The notes below the pieces were generated by a model. It ran no database searches. It saw nothing but the letters and a program-made list of their open reading frames with translations, and was not told the DNA's origin. Made by a program: the position numbers and the translations under genes. This document shows, piece after piece, positions 37,661 to 49,955 of a stretch of DNA of 64,000 nt (the stretch's first letter is position 1; each line of letters starts with the position of its first letter). Source of the DNA: Chiloscyllium plagiosum (taxonomy: Eukaryota); NCBI RefSeq assembly GCF_004010195.1, contig NC_057728.1, positions 44,516,381 to 44,580,380 of the forward strand, given 5' to 3'.

Positions 37661-40259
37661 CGTTTGTAAATGTATGAACAGTGTTGCTATTATTTATCAA
37701 GTCCTTTATCTATTCCTATTCAATGCTGATAGATTTGCCAGAAATGGATAGCTTCTGGGCTTAAATAGGAATGATTCGGATTCTAATTCAGGAACTATAG
37801 TTTAATTGTTTAAAAAAAGAACACCTGGAATACATCAGTCCACGTATCATTCAAAAATATTTACCACATAATTACCTTTCTCAATAAGCATTGCTAGTTT
37901 CTTATGCAACATATGAATACACTAATTTATACTGTCCCTCAGGCTCTTTTTCAGAGGAGGAGCAGTCTGACCTTTCTCCTGTGCTTTTTTTATTAGTGTT
38001 CTACCCACTGGATGTTGGAATACTGCTGCTCCCATTCGTTTCCTCGTCTTCAACTTCTCAAGCATAAGGCAATGAAATGCATTTCTCTCAGAATTATTTT
38101 GGATTCCTGTGCAACTGTTATTTCATTGTTTATATTTTCTTTAATATGGTAAGATTAGATTGTTTCTAGTTCCATCATTCAATTGTAAATTCCTTTCCGC
38201 AGTTCCCAACCATCACCCTGACAAGGATTCATTCAAAAGTCACACCTTGCCACTTTGACTTTCAAAGGCATCGCATGTAAATAAGCAACTTAAATTTACA
38301 TGGTACTCTTTACAACTTCAGAACATTCCAAAATGCTCTACATTAATGAATTACAGTCAGCAAAGTGTGAGTCCAGCACCAGATAGAGTTGCTGCAAATG
38401 TACTTTCTGAATGTTCCCAAAGGATAACATTAATGGTTAGTCATAATGTTTCTAAATTCCTGTAGGTGTCTTGCCCAAATTATTTACATAGTGGGAAATA
38501 CTTGTGGCGCAGTTGTACTGTCCTTACCTCTGGGTTCGAGGTTCCAGATAGAAATCGCACTTCAGGAATTATAACTATGGAACATACTTCAGAAAGTGAT
38601 CAAAAAGGATTATCAGCCTGTAAGTCCTTGCAATATCCTTGATGTTGGATGATCAGAGCAGAAGAATTTCTTTATCAGCCATACTGGTCAAGATGAGAAC
38701 AAAAAATACTGGAGATCACAGCAGGTTGATGGAGACACTATTCATGGAGAGAAAGCAAGCTAACATTTTGAGTCTAGATGACTCTTCATCAGAGCTCTGG
38801 GTGGCCATCCCACTGAACCCTGTCCGCACCGACCTCAGTGTAGCTCTATGGTAGGACCGGTGTGGCCTAGACCAGTCTGTCCACCCAGTCAAGACCCTTA
38901 AATGGCCAATAAATGGCCATTTAAAGGGGCACTTCGTGGTGAGCATCAATTGTCAGACTGGCAGAAAGAATTCAGCAGCAGGGTTAGTCCAGAAAGTGAC
39001 CCCCACCAGCGGATGGGAATGAGATGTTAGGGTCATCAAGAGCCATTTTTCAAAACTGAACACCTCATAAGAGGACCTCCACCATAATACTCCCTCCCAT
39101 CTTTGGCATAATCTTGGTGGGACACAGCAGCGTTAGGAAATGGAGATGGGAGGATTACAGGCATGATAGCTTTGTGCTACCTCTGATACACCCCCAAATT
39201 AAGTCCACCTTCTTCCTCTGTCAACTAGGCCACAAAAAAAAGGACTACTCACTGCGATTCCCATCTGAATTGTGATGAGGAGACTCTAATCTTCTGAGCA
39301 ACAGGCTTGTCAGGTGAAATAGAACTTTAATTATTTATTTAAGTAGGACAAGCAGCCTATTAGCTTATTATGATGTTCAGGGTGGGCAGGAAGGTGGTGG
39401 GCTAGCTACCCTGACATATTTTACATGACACTCTCATACTGAGAACATGCAGACTATAAAATCCGGGCCGTGGTTTTGGATTCGGGTTTCGGACCCTAGG
39501 ACCTACTTGCAGTTTCATGCTTGTCCACTGCGTCCTCAGGCATTGCTGGAACTGGACAGTTGTTGTCCAATCTAATGGGCTTGCAGTCCTCTGAGCTGGA
39601 ACTTCCTCCCCTGTGAGTGTTGTAAGTTCCATCTCCAGCCACTTAATGCCCTTGAGTTTTAAACGGACAGCTCTGAGGTAGGTGGTATCAGCAGCTGGGT
39701 TCGCCATTCACTCTTCAGGTCAAAAACCCTAGCCAGTGTTTACAATAAATGATATTCACCACATTCTGGGGCATACTTTGTAAAGGCTGCTGGGGGAAAA
39801 CAAAAATTCACGTTCTTTCATTTGGAAGTTGTAAATGCAGAGCAACAAGCTGCAATCTTACATTCACATGGTTAAACTAGATAATTGCATCAGCATTAAT
39901 GGACAGCATTAACCTGCATCTGGGAATCAGCCAATTGGTAGTTATGTCTTCCACTGTTTGGTATGGGTTACCACAGTTGCATACTGGAAAGTTTTTAATT
40001 TGTCATCTGCACATCAAGTGTCCCCATCTGTTTGGTTAACACAGTTTTAGATGACTCATAAGTGGAAGATCAAAGGGAGGAAAAACAACAGAAAGCTGCC
40101 TTAGGCAGGACACAATTGTTTACATGATACCAGAACTTCCTCTATATTATTCAGTTAATGAACTTAGACCATCCTGGTTCGGACAGGATGTTGATCATCA
40201 TAAAGTTGATTATCAGTGTATAAATAGCTCCACAAAGAAACTTTAGCAGGAGAATATTA

Positions 40260-40500
40260 AAGTTCACATCCAAGCCCGTCATCACCCTGACTTGGAAAAA
40301 TATTACCACTCCTTCAGTGTTGTTGAGTCTAAATCCTGGAATTCCCTCCCCTGTGGCATTGTAGGTCAACCTACAGCACACAGACTACAGTGATTCAAGC
40401 TGGCAGCTCACAACCACCTATTTAAAGGGTGACTAGCGATGGTCATAAGCGCTGGCCCAGCTAACAATGCCACATCCCACAAGTGAATAAAAAGTAATAA
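40260..40500 (+). mobile_element. Family B LINE 3' end
   Basis: Matches 33720-33950. Confidence 0.8.
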
Positions 40501-40634
40501 AAAGCTGTTAAACAATGACCTCAATCAAATGTAGTTGATATACAAACTCAACTACCACTTATTTACCGAACTGGAAAAGGACTTCAACCCATGAGAATGT
40601 TAAATTGACCCTCCAAGTTTAGAAAATTTATTTT

Positions 40635-42092
40635 TTTGCATCAGTATTTACTGTGGAAAAGGATATGGAAGATATAGGCTGTAGGGAAATAGATGGTGAC
40701 ATCTTGCAAAATGTCCAGATTACAGAGGAGGACGTACTGGATGTCTTGAAACGATTAAAAGTGGATAAATCCCCAGGACCTGATCAGGTGTACCCGAGAA
40801 CTCTGTGGGAAGCTAGAGAAGTGATTGCTGGGCCTCTTGCTGAGATATTTCTATCATCGATAGTCACAGGTGAGGTGCCGGAAGACTGGAGGTTGGCAAA
40901 CATGGTGGCACTGTTGAAGAAGGGCGGTAAAGACAAGTCAGGGAACTATAGACCAGTGAGCCTGACCTCGGTGGTGGGCAANNNNNNNNNNNNNNNNNNN
41001 NNNNNNNNNNNNNNNNNNNNNNNNNNNNNNNNNNNNNNNNNNNNNNNNNNNNNNNNNNNNNNNNNNNNNNNNNNNNNNNNNNNNNNNNNNNNNNNNNNNN
41101 NNNNNNNNNNNNNNNNNNNNNNNNNNNNNNNNNNNNNNNNNNNNNNNNNNNNNNNNNNNNNNNNNNNNNNNNNNNNNNNNNNNNNNNNNNNNNNNNNNNN
41201 NNNNNNNNNNNNNNNNNNNNNNNNNNNNNNNNNNNNNNNNNNNNNNNNNNNNNNNNNNNNNNNNNNNNNNNNNNNNNNNNNNNNNNNNNNNNNNNNNNNN
41301 NNNNNNNNNNNNNNNNNNNNNNNNNNNNNNNNNNNNNNNNNNNNNNNNNNNNNNNNNNNNNNNNNNNNNNNNNNNNNNNNNNNNNNNNNNNNNNNNNNNN
41401 NNNNNNNNNNNNNNNNNNNNNNNNNNNNNNNNNNNNNNNNNNNNNNNNNNNNNNNNNNNNNNNNNNNNNNNNNNNNNNNNNNNNNNNNNNNNNNNNNNNN
41501 NNNNNNNNNNNNNNNNNNNNNNNNNNNNNNNNNNNNNNNNNNNNNNNNNNNNNNNNNNNNNNNNNNNNNNNNNNNNNNNNNNNNNNNNNNNNNNNNNNNN
41601 NNNNNNNNNNNNNNNNNNNNNNNNNNNNNNNNNNNNNNNNNNNNNNNNNNNNNNNNNNNNNNNNNNNNNNNNNNNNNNNNNNNNNNNNNNNNNNNNNNNN
41701 NNNNNNNNNNNNNNNNNNNNNNNNNNNNNNNNNNNNNNNNNNNNNNNNNNNTAAATAGACAAAGTCTTTTCCCTGGGGTCGGGGAGCCCAGAATGAGAGG
41801 GCATAGGTTTAGGATGAGAGGGGAAAGATATAAAAGAGACCTAAGGGGCAACTTTTTCATGCAGAGGGTAGTACATGTATGGACTGAGCTGCCAGAGGGT
41901 GTGGTGCACGCTGGTACAATTGCAACATTTAAGAGGCATTTGGATGGGTATATGAATAGGAAGGGTTTGGAGGGATATGGGCCGTGTGCTGGCAGGTGGA
42001 ACTAGATTGGGTTGGGATATCTGGTCGGCATGGATGGGTTGGATCGAAGGGTCTATTTCCATGCTGTACATCCCTATGACTCTATGACTCTA
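40635..42092 (+). mobile_element. HER1/CR1 LINE ORF2 3' part (N gap 40982-41751)
   Basis: KSPGPDQVYPR, NYRPVSLTSVVG, NFFMQRVV; CTATGACT tail. Confidence 0.93.
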
Positions 42093-42330
42093 AGAATTGT
42101 GCAGTTTTGCAGAAATTACTGAACTCGACATGCTGGAAGATTAAAGGGTATTTATCGATCTCTAAATCTAAATGATTTTCTACAGTTGCCAAATAGAAAG
42201 ATTACTTGGTAAATCATACACATTTTTTGGAATTATTGGATGGACTATAAAAGGCAGGATTATTGCTTTGTGTAATAAAAAAATTTACGAGCTTTTACTT
42301 TGTTTTTTGAAAAAAATAAGAGATTTCATA

Positions 42331-42553
42331 TACAAGGCGCCCTGTATCCATGGGCCCGGTTACTGTGGGTTTCAGTTACCCATGGTTTACTGCAGCCCGA
42401 ACATATAAAAGGGAACGTTCCAGAACCAGGCACCAATGGGGCTGCCAAGAAAGTACATTTCCCATTTAATGAATGGGTTTGTTCCTAAGCGCGGTTTTGG
42501 ACTTCCACGGTAGGTCTTGGAACGTATCCCCAGCAGGAAAACTGACTACTGTA
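42331..42553. mobile_element. Tc1/mariner (Tigger-like) MITE
   Basis: TA-CA...TG-TA ends with imperfect terminal inverted repeats; GC-richer than the flanks. Confidence 0.45.
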
Positions 42554-42704
42554 GTCAGTTTCAATCAATAAATTGCAGAGATAATTCAGATACAAAGTGA
42601 ACTTTTAAAAATGTTTTTTAAAATGCTTTGTTCTTTCATAGGGTATGAGCATTGCTGACAAGGGCACCACTTCTTTTCATCCTTAATGGCTCATGAATTG
42701 AGTA

Positions 42705-43125
42705 GCTTGCACAATGTTCAGCACCATTCGTGACTCCACAGACACCGAAGCAGTCCATGTTCAAATGCAACAAGATCTGGACAATATGCAGACTTGGGCT
42801 GACAAGTGCCGAGTCACTTTCGCGCCACACAAATGTCAGGCTATGACCATCACCAGTGAGAGAAAATCTAATCGGACCCCCTTGACTTTCAATGGTGTGA
42901 ACATCATTGAATTCCTCACTATCCTAAAGTACAAGCTTTCGAACCGCTGTTCCTTCATCAGGTAGGTGGCAGGGCAGGATCATAGGACACAGAATTTATA
43001 GCAAAACATCAATGTGTCATACACCTGATGGATGTATCAAACAAACCTGGATTGCTGTTAATCCAGTGATTTAATCACTTAGAATGGGGATTGATTATTA
43101 TATAAATCTCAGAACTTTTAAAATC
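42705..43125. mobile_element. Family B LINE RT fragment (+) followed by a Penelope fragment (-)
   Basis: ORF 42714 matches 33095-33300; gctttcg..ccttcatcagg marks the Penelope end. Confidence 0.7.
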
Positions 43126-43329
43126 TCTGAAAAGTAGGTTTAAAGCTTATATTCACCCAGTAGAAGAATTAATTTTAAACTTTTTATTCACATAAATCAA
43201 AATTTCTATTCTTGGAACTCACAAGAAATTTTTCTTGCTGAGATTTTACAGAGAGCCAGCTTGGATATATCAGAATGAATGGTCTCCTTCTGTACTGTAC
43301 CGTTCAATTATTTATTTGAGTTTGGAGAT

Positions 43330-45270
43330 GGTGGACTATATTTAACTCAATAATCCATGTTACAGTTTTTAAAAGTTCTTAATGGAACTTTGTATCTAAC
43401 ATTTGCAGCCAAGAGGGGATAGAATATTAGTTAAAATCAACAATATTGTAACACTGCAGTTTGTCCTATCTTGGCAACCACACTTCTCAGAAAAAGAAAT
43501 GATGAGAAGTTTGGGAAAATCCATTTTCCATCTGTTTCAGTAAAAATCAGGAATGTTAAATACTGGTCCAGCTGCTACTAGATCTCTGATACACCCCCAT
43601 CAGACCAGCCTAATAGCCATAGAAAGTATATGCAATGCACATTAGTAATTGTATATTCATGGAGTACAATGAAATGCCAATAAATGATAATCTGCTTTCT
43701 TTCTTTACTTATAAGCAGCCAATCTTGTTATGTACATTTACTTGCATCATTAATTTAATCAGAAAGAGGAAACAAAGACAAATTCTAACAAATCTTATTG
43801 TTTTCTTTCCATGAGAAGAAGATACAGGTTTTCCACAATTTTAAACACAGATCTCTTTTTGAAGTTACATGTAACCCAAGGACTTACCCCAAAGAAAACA
43901 TAGAATAAGTAATTTTTTTTAATGATATATTAACATCAAATCTAAGTATATATAATTGATTCATTTGTCCTCTACTCATTCAAGTCTCAGTGAAGACTTG
44001 TGGCTAAAACTTTTCTGCCTGGGTTGTAGTTTGAGTTGCTAGTCCTGTACAGTCACCAACTGTGAGGTGGATGTGATACTTGGACTTGATTATCTTCATT
44101 TGGGAGAATACTACCTCAAAGTAAGCTTTCACTATAAAGGCACAGGATGATTTGAAGTGAGTATTTTACTGTACAAGACTCCCAAAATTATTATCCCTTG
44201 ATTTGACTTTTAGCTCCACATCAGTATGGGCAGTAATTATCTCTGTATCAACTCCACTCACTTGGCTTGCCTAAATTACATTGAAGCCTCCTTCCATCCT
44301 CCTCATAACTCACAAGCTTGCCTAGTTTTGTCTTCTCAGTAAACTTGGAAATGTTGAATTTAGTTCTGTCATCCAGGTCATTTATAGATATATAGTGCTC
44401 AAACACTAACCCATCTGTCACTGCCTGCCACTTGGAAGAAAAAACCCATTTATTACCACTCTATTTCCTGTCTTTCAGACAATTCTCAATTCATGTCAAT
44501 ATTTCACCCCCTAAGACTGTGCTTTAACTTTGTCAATTAACCTTTTATGAGGGAACCTATCAAAACCCTTCTGAAAATCCAAATACATGGTATCCACAGG
44601 TTCTCCCTAACCTATTCTACTAGTTGCATCCTCAAAAAACTCCACTAGATTTGTTTAACACAATGTACTTTTCATAAACCTATCCTGACTTTGCGCAATC
44701 CAATTAATGCTTTCCAATATTCTGTCATCATGTGTTTTGTAATAGACTTCAGCATTTACCCCACTGCTGATGTTAGGCTAACTGGTCTGTAATTCTCTTT
44801 TCTTTTCTCTCCTACATTTTTTAAATAGTGAGGTAACATTGGCCACACTCTAATGTGTAGAAGCTGTACCTGAATCTGTAGAATTTTAAAAGATGACCAG
44901 CAAAGTATGTGCTCAGTTCTTCTGTGATTTCTTTGTTCTCCATTATAAGTTCCATTGCATTTGTAAGGCAATCTGTAAGTCATCAAATGTAAGGCAACTG
45001 CTCTTTTGCTTTCACAGTTATGATCAGAAATTCATTATTCCACTCTGTGCAGAGGTTGTACATATTTGGATGGCCCAGATTCACTTCTCATCATTATTGT
45101 TCCACCTTATAGCTGGTGACGTTACTCTGCTACTGGTCACATTGCAAATAGACTTCTTGATCTTCACCTCTGGAACATTCAATATGTTGCTGGCAGCTCT
45201 TGTAGAAGCATATGATGTCACTTTTGTGGTCAAAATTTGTTTCTAGGGCCTCTGGTCTGCTTGGGTTACT
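43330..45270 (-). pseudogene. Hantavirid-like glycoprotein fragments (Gn pieces, tail zinc finger, Gc fusion loop), split by a CR1 (44250-44910)
   Basis: IICFYKSC ~ VTCYDLSC; YCPY* (44224) ~ QCPYC; AFHC (43666) ~ SFHC; WGC (43591) ~ WGCNP; KLLIISFS..KIG ~ KIITIRYS..QFG. Confidence 0.62.
44250..44910 (-). mobile_element. CR1 RT fragment
   Basis: ENYRPVSLTSAVG; antisense YLDFQKGFD-like motif. Confidence 0.85.
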
Positions 45271-45276
45271 TATGAG

Positions 45277-45595
45277 TGGCATGGCGTCTCAGTGGTTAGC
45301 ACTGCTGCCTTACAGCGTCAGGGACCTGGATTCAATCCTACCCTTGGGCGACTGTATGGAATTTGCACAATCTCCTCCTTTCTGCATGCGTTTCCTCCCA
45401 CAGTCCAAATATGTGCAAGTTAAGTGGATTGGCTATGCTAAATTGTCCATAGTGTCCAGTGCTGTGCAGACTAGGTGGACTTGATAAATTCAGTTATGGA
45501 GATAGGGTAGAGAGGGTAGTCTGGCTGGGATGCTCTTCAGAAGGTGGGTGCTGATTCAATGGGCCAAATAGCCTGCTTCCACACTGTAAGGATTG
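45277..45595 (+). mobile_element. HE1-type V-SINE
   Basis: Homologous to 14631-14951. Confidence 0.85.
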
Positions 45596-46069
45596 TTTTT
45601 AACACAGATGTGGCAGCATCTACCATCGGGAATGTGAGCAGGGGTTGAGTTTGTCTGAGATTCTGTGATTGACCAGTTGATTATGATCTACACGTTGGGT
45701 CCACAGTGCTGCAGTTAGCAGTCAATCTCTTCCTCTGCGATGATTGTATTGTGGCATAGCCGTCTGTGATGTCAAAGCCATGAAGGGATTTGTATAAAAG
45801 GAACAGATACATTGACAAATGGGAAGCTCATGCAGATCAGCATGCTTAGGGGTGATTCAGATATTGGAGATCCAAGCGAACCTTAATATTTTAAGATATT
45901 GCATCCAGGCAAAGAAGCAGGTGTAAGAATTGAGTTTTGTTTTTCCTGCTATTTGTTCAGCTTTCAAGACCACTTAATTCTCCTGGGTGTTCCATGAAAC
46001 CCAGAAATCCATTAGCACACAGCTAAATTGTAAAATCTCTATTGAGACAGTTGCATATTACAATCACAA

Positions 46070-46470
46070 GAAATAGAAGCATTGGAAGGCTGTTTGGGTG
46101 ATCAAATTTGCTCTACTATTAAATAATATCTTGCCCAATCTGTTTGCAACCTTAACTCCACATTCCAGCCAACTCTCCACATCCATCAACTCCCTTGCTG
46201 ATCAGAATTTGAGTATTTGGCCTTGAATATATTCAATGGCCCAATCTTCACTGCTGCCTGAGGAGGACAGGCCAAAGACTAATCTTCATCCAAGAGAAGA
46301 GATCATCTTCATCTTTGAATTGAATGCAAGATCCTGTAACTTTAAATTGTGCCCTTAATTCTACATTTGAACCACAAAAGACGTTATGACCTCTCATCAT
46401 CTGTCTAGTAAATTCCTCTGTAGATCTTAGATAATTCAATAAGGTCATCTTCATTCTTCTAAAGTCTATT
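46070..46470 (-). mobile_element. Old CR1 3' fragment
   Basis: Degenerate CR1 tail; DFRRM..L motif. Confidence 0.6.
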
Positions 46471-48889
46471 GCCAACCCATCCCCGCTTTGGGGGCTTTCC
46501 TGCATGAGGTGAAGGTGTAACTCAGTAACCTGCTGCTGACTTGCAAGAATGCTTTCAATTTCAGGTTTTTTAACCAGCCACTGAGTTTGAAACTCCTTTA
46601 TTTTTCAAGATTTAACTGCCCTATCTATTTAATAGTTGATTTGACATTGAATCAGGAACTTCTTGTGCATACAATTTAATTATATGTGATCTTAAGCAAT
46701 TGAATTTTCATCAGTTTATAATTAGATCACATTGGGGGGTGAATCATTTTCAGATTTTGCATTTAATTGATTATTTTGAGAATAACTTTATCATTGTTTT
46801 TTTGTGCGTCAAATAATAATCTAATTCTTTTAATGTCAAAATCTTGCATGTTTCTTTTTTTTGTCTTTAATTTTACCTTAATTGATTGTAACAAAAATCA
46901 AATGTACTTATTTTAGTAAGTCACTTTAAAACATTAGCTGCTTCTTCAGATCACAACATATACATCGGGTTTATATTTCATTGTCTATGCAATTGGATAA
47001 ACCAACAAGAAATATTTTAAATGTTTATTTAAGGATCCTTAATTTGTAACAAAGCCAGTTTGTATTAACAATAAATCTATGAAAGTTTTACATTTCCTTT
47101 ATTAAACATACTATGGTACCCATTCCATTAGCTACCAAAATTGAACTGAAACATTTCAGTCTGGTTTGAATACCAAGCAACTTTCAACAGAGAACTTTTT
47201 ATGGAAACATCTGGGAGATTGTCTCATTTTTATTGCCACTTTAGAAAATTGTTTGGCAAAGATCCATTTTTAAAATAAAAATCTAGGCGCCCTCTAAAAT
47301 GGTGGAGCAGACAGAATTATTACTTACTGGTTTGGCCCTAAATGGCATGCTAACACAATCAATTTCTTATACAGTAGTTTGACAATAAGAATCGATGTGA
47401 TCTGTTAAAAATTTCAATGAGGATACTTTATATCAGATGTCCTTTATTATCTTTTTGGGAGTAAACCAGGTTTCATTGATGAAAACCGAGAACAACGTTC
47501 ATTGTTAACAATCATAAGCTACAGGCTGAATCTCCTTCATTGTCAATCGTTCTAAGCACAAAATGCAATGCGAATACAAATAATCCATTTTTGTCAATCA
47601 ATTTGACAATAGCTTCTCCAGTATTTTTACATGATAATCTCTTCAAAAGAGAATGGTGTTGGAGTTAGCACATATAAAACATATTTAAAAATATGTTATT
47701 ATGGTTTTGCACTAATAAGCTGATGAAAGACCTTTGAAGTATATCTGCACTCCTTAAAGTCTACTAGTTGAAGAATAATGAGGTGTTAATGCTGACCCAA
47801 TTCAACTGAATTCTTTAATGATTTGCCAAGGTCATAACAGGATGATTAACCTATTTTCAAGAAAAGTTTCACAATTGGTATCCTGCTTAAAAATCAGATT
47901 ATTTGTAGAAATAAAATTAAATAGAATATTGCGTTATTTGTTCTTCACTATTCTCTGTTGAGTTTTGCACATCAGTGTTAGTGATATCATTTGAGAAACT
48001 AGCTGAGGCATGTTTTTGTGTGTAATGATGTTTGGAAGCTAAATTATATTATTAACTTCTGCCTAACCTGTTTCAAGGATATTGTCATTTGTATATATTT
48101 TAATCTCGGTTCTCTCATACTGTTGGAGCCAGCAACTTCACTCAATCATGTGATGAACAGCAAAACTAAAAGATCGAAAAATCACATCTAGCTTTGGAAC
48201 ACCTTAAAAGGGAGAATCAAAATTTGTGTAATTTCCAAGGTGGGCTGACTGAGGTTTTAGGAGTTGCAGATCTCAATCTGAAATGTTAACATTTTTAATT
48301 AAAAATCAATAACCATCAAAAGATAAGGTTTCTTTATGTACGATTGTTTCTTATGACTTACTTTGAAAAGAAATTCTGATTGCAAATTGAACCTAGTTCA
48401 ATTTTACTAGTAGCATGCAAAATAATGATTCATTGGAGTACTATGACTTGTGAGCACCACATAGAATTCTCAAACATGCTTCAATTTCACTGTTTTAGGG
48501 TGATGTTACTACTTTCTGCTGCCTTTTCTCTTCAGTGGTGTGGTGAAGGGGATCTGTGCCTGACCACCAGGCCCATGCTGATGGACTTAACAAAAAGGAC
48601 TGCAAAAATGAATGCTTTTTAAAATTTATTTATTTTTCTGCCTTTATATTCTGTGTTTTGGTTTGTTTTTCTGTGTTTTAAGATGGCACCGGAGAGGGGC
48701 AACACTGTACAATACTTGTCACTATATTTTGTATCAAGGGATACACAAGACAATAAATAAAAAAAAATCAAATTAATTTCTAATGTGGCAAGACATTGCC
48801 CAAATCTACCAGCTTGCTAAAAATTTGGCCTCTGATCATTCCCAAATGCCAACTGTAATCCTGAATCTCTGTATTTTGCATGTTCTCAC

Positions 48890-49175
48890 AGAGTTATTGA
48901 GTCCTACAGCCTGGAGGCAGCCCCATTATCCAAACTAGTCCATGCCGACCAAAATGTCCATCAATGCTAACCCCATTTCCTTGCCCTTGGCCTATATCCT
49001 TCTAAACCTTTCCTATCCATATATATGTCCAAATGCCTTTTAAATGTTGTTAATATAACCGCCTCAACCACTTCTGCTGGCAGCTCATTCCATATGCGTA
49101 CCTCCCTTATGTAAAAAAGCTGCCCCTCAGGTTCCCTTTTATTCTTTCCCCTCTAACCTTAAACTGATGTTCTCT
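48890..49175 (-). mobile_element. HER1/CR1 3' end
   Basis: Reverse match to 41800-42090. Confidence 0.8.
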
Positions 49176-49604
49176 TGAGGTTCAATAATTAAGTGTTGTT
49201 TTCCTCCTTTAAAAGGACAAAGTTCAGTAGAAGTTCATTTCCTGGTGTGACCAAAATAACTTGTTCGAAGAGTAATTCATCCCTTATGCATTTTTCATCT
49301 TTACTCTGATATTTCTTCCTCACATATGCAAAAGTAAAAATTCAGGACATGGCAGTGAAGTAGAAAATTAAAATTTTCCACAAGTTCAATTTATCTTTTG
49401 TTTATAAACATTTCATTTTTCAAAATACATTGATTGCTGTATCGGAAGACTATTGGGCAAATCAGTTAAAATAGATGAAAATGAACAGATTGTTGTGACG
49501 AGGTGAGGAGGGGGACTTGACACCTGCCTTTGTAAAGATCTCTTGGTTGGTCATAACAAACATTTTCATTTATTTTAGTACTCAGCTATTGCACAGCAAT
49601 TAAA

Positions 49605-49955
49605 AGTGTATAGTGGTTCAGTGGTTGGCACTACAATCTCACAGTGCCAGGGAACCAGGTTTGATTCCAGCCTTGGGTGACTGTTTGTGTGGAGTTTGCA
49701 CATTCTCCTTGAGTCCACATGGATTTTTGCTGGGTGTTGCAATTTCTTCCCACAATCCAAAGATATATGGATTTGTTGGATTGGCCATGCTAAATTGCCT
49801 TGCCAGAGATTTACAGGTTCACCAGGTAAAAAAAGCCCCATATGAGGTTAAGGGGATAGGTTGAGGTGTGGGAATGGGTGGGATGCTCTTTGAAGCGTTG
49901 ATGCAGACTCGATGAGATGCTGGTCCTCTTTCTGCACTGTAGTAATTCTATGATT
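49605..49955 (+). mobile_element. HE1-type V-SINE
   Basis: A/B boxes and V domain as at 14631. Confidence 0.85.

Noticed and set aside
47758..47766. TAGTAGACT (minus) as a hantavirus segment terminus
   Set aside because: It lies inside the Gc-like coding region, so it is likely chance
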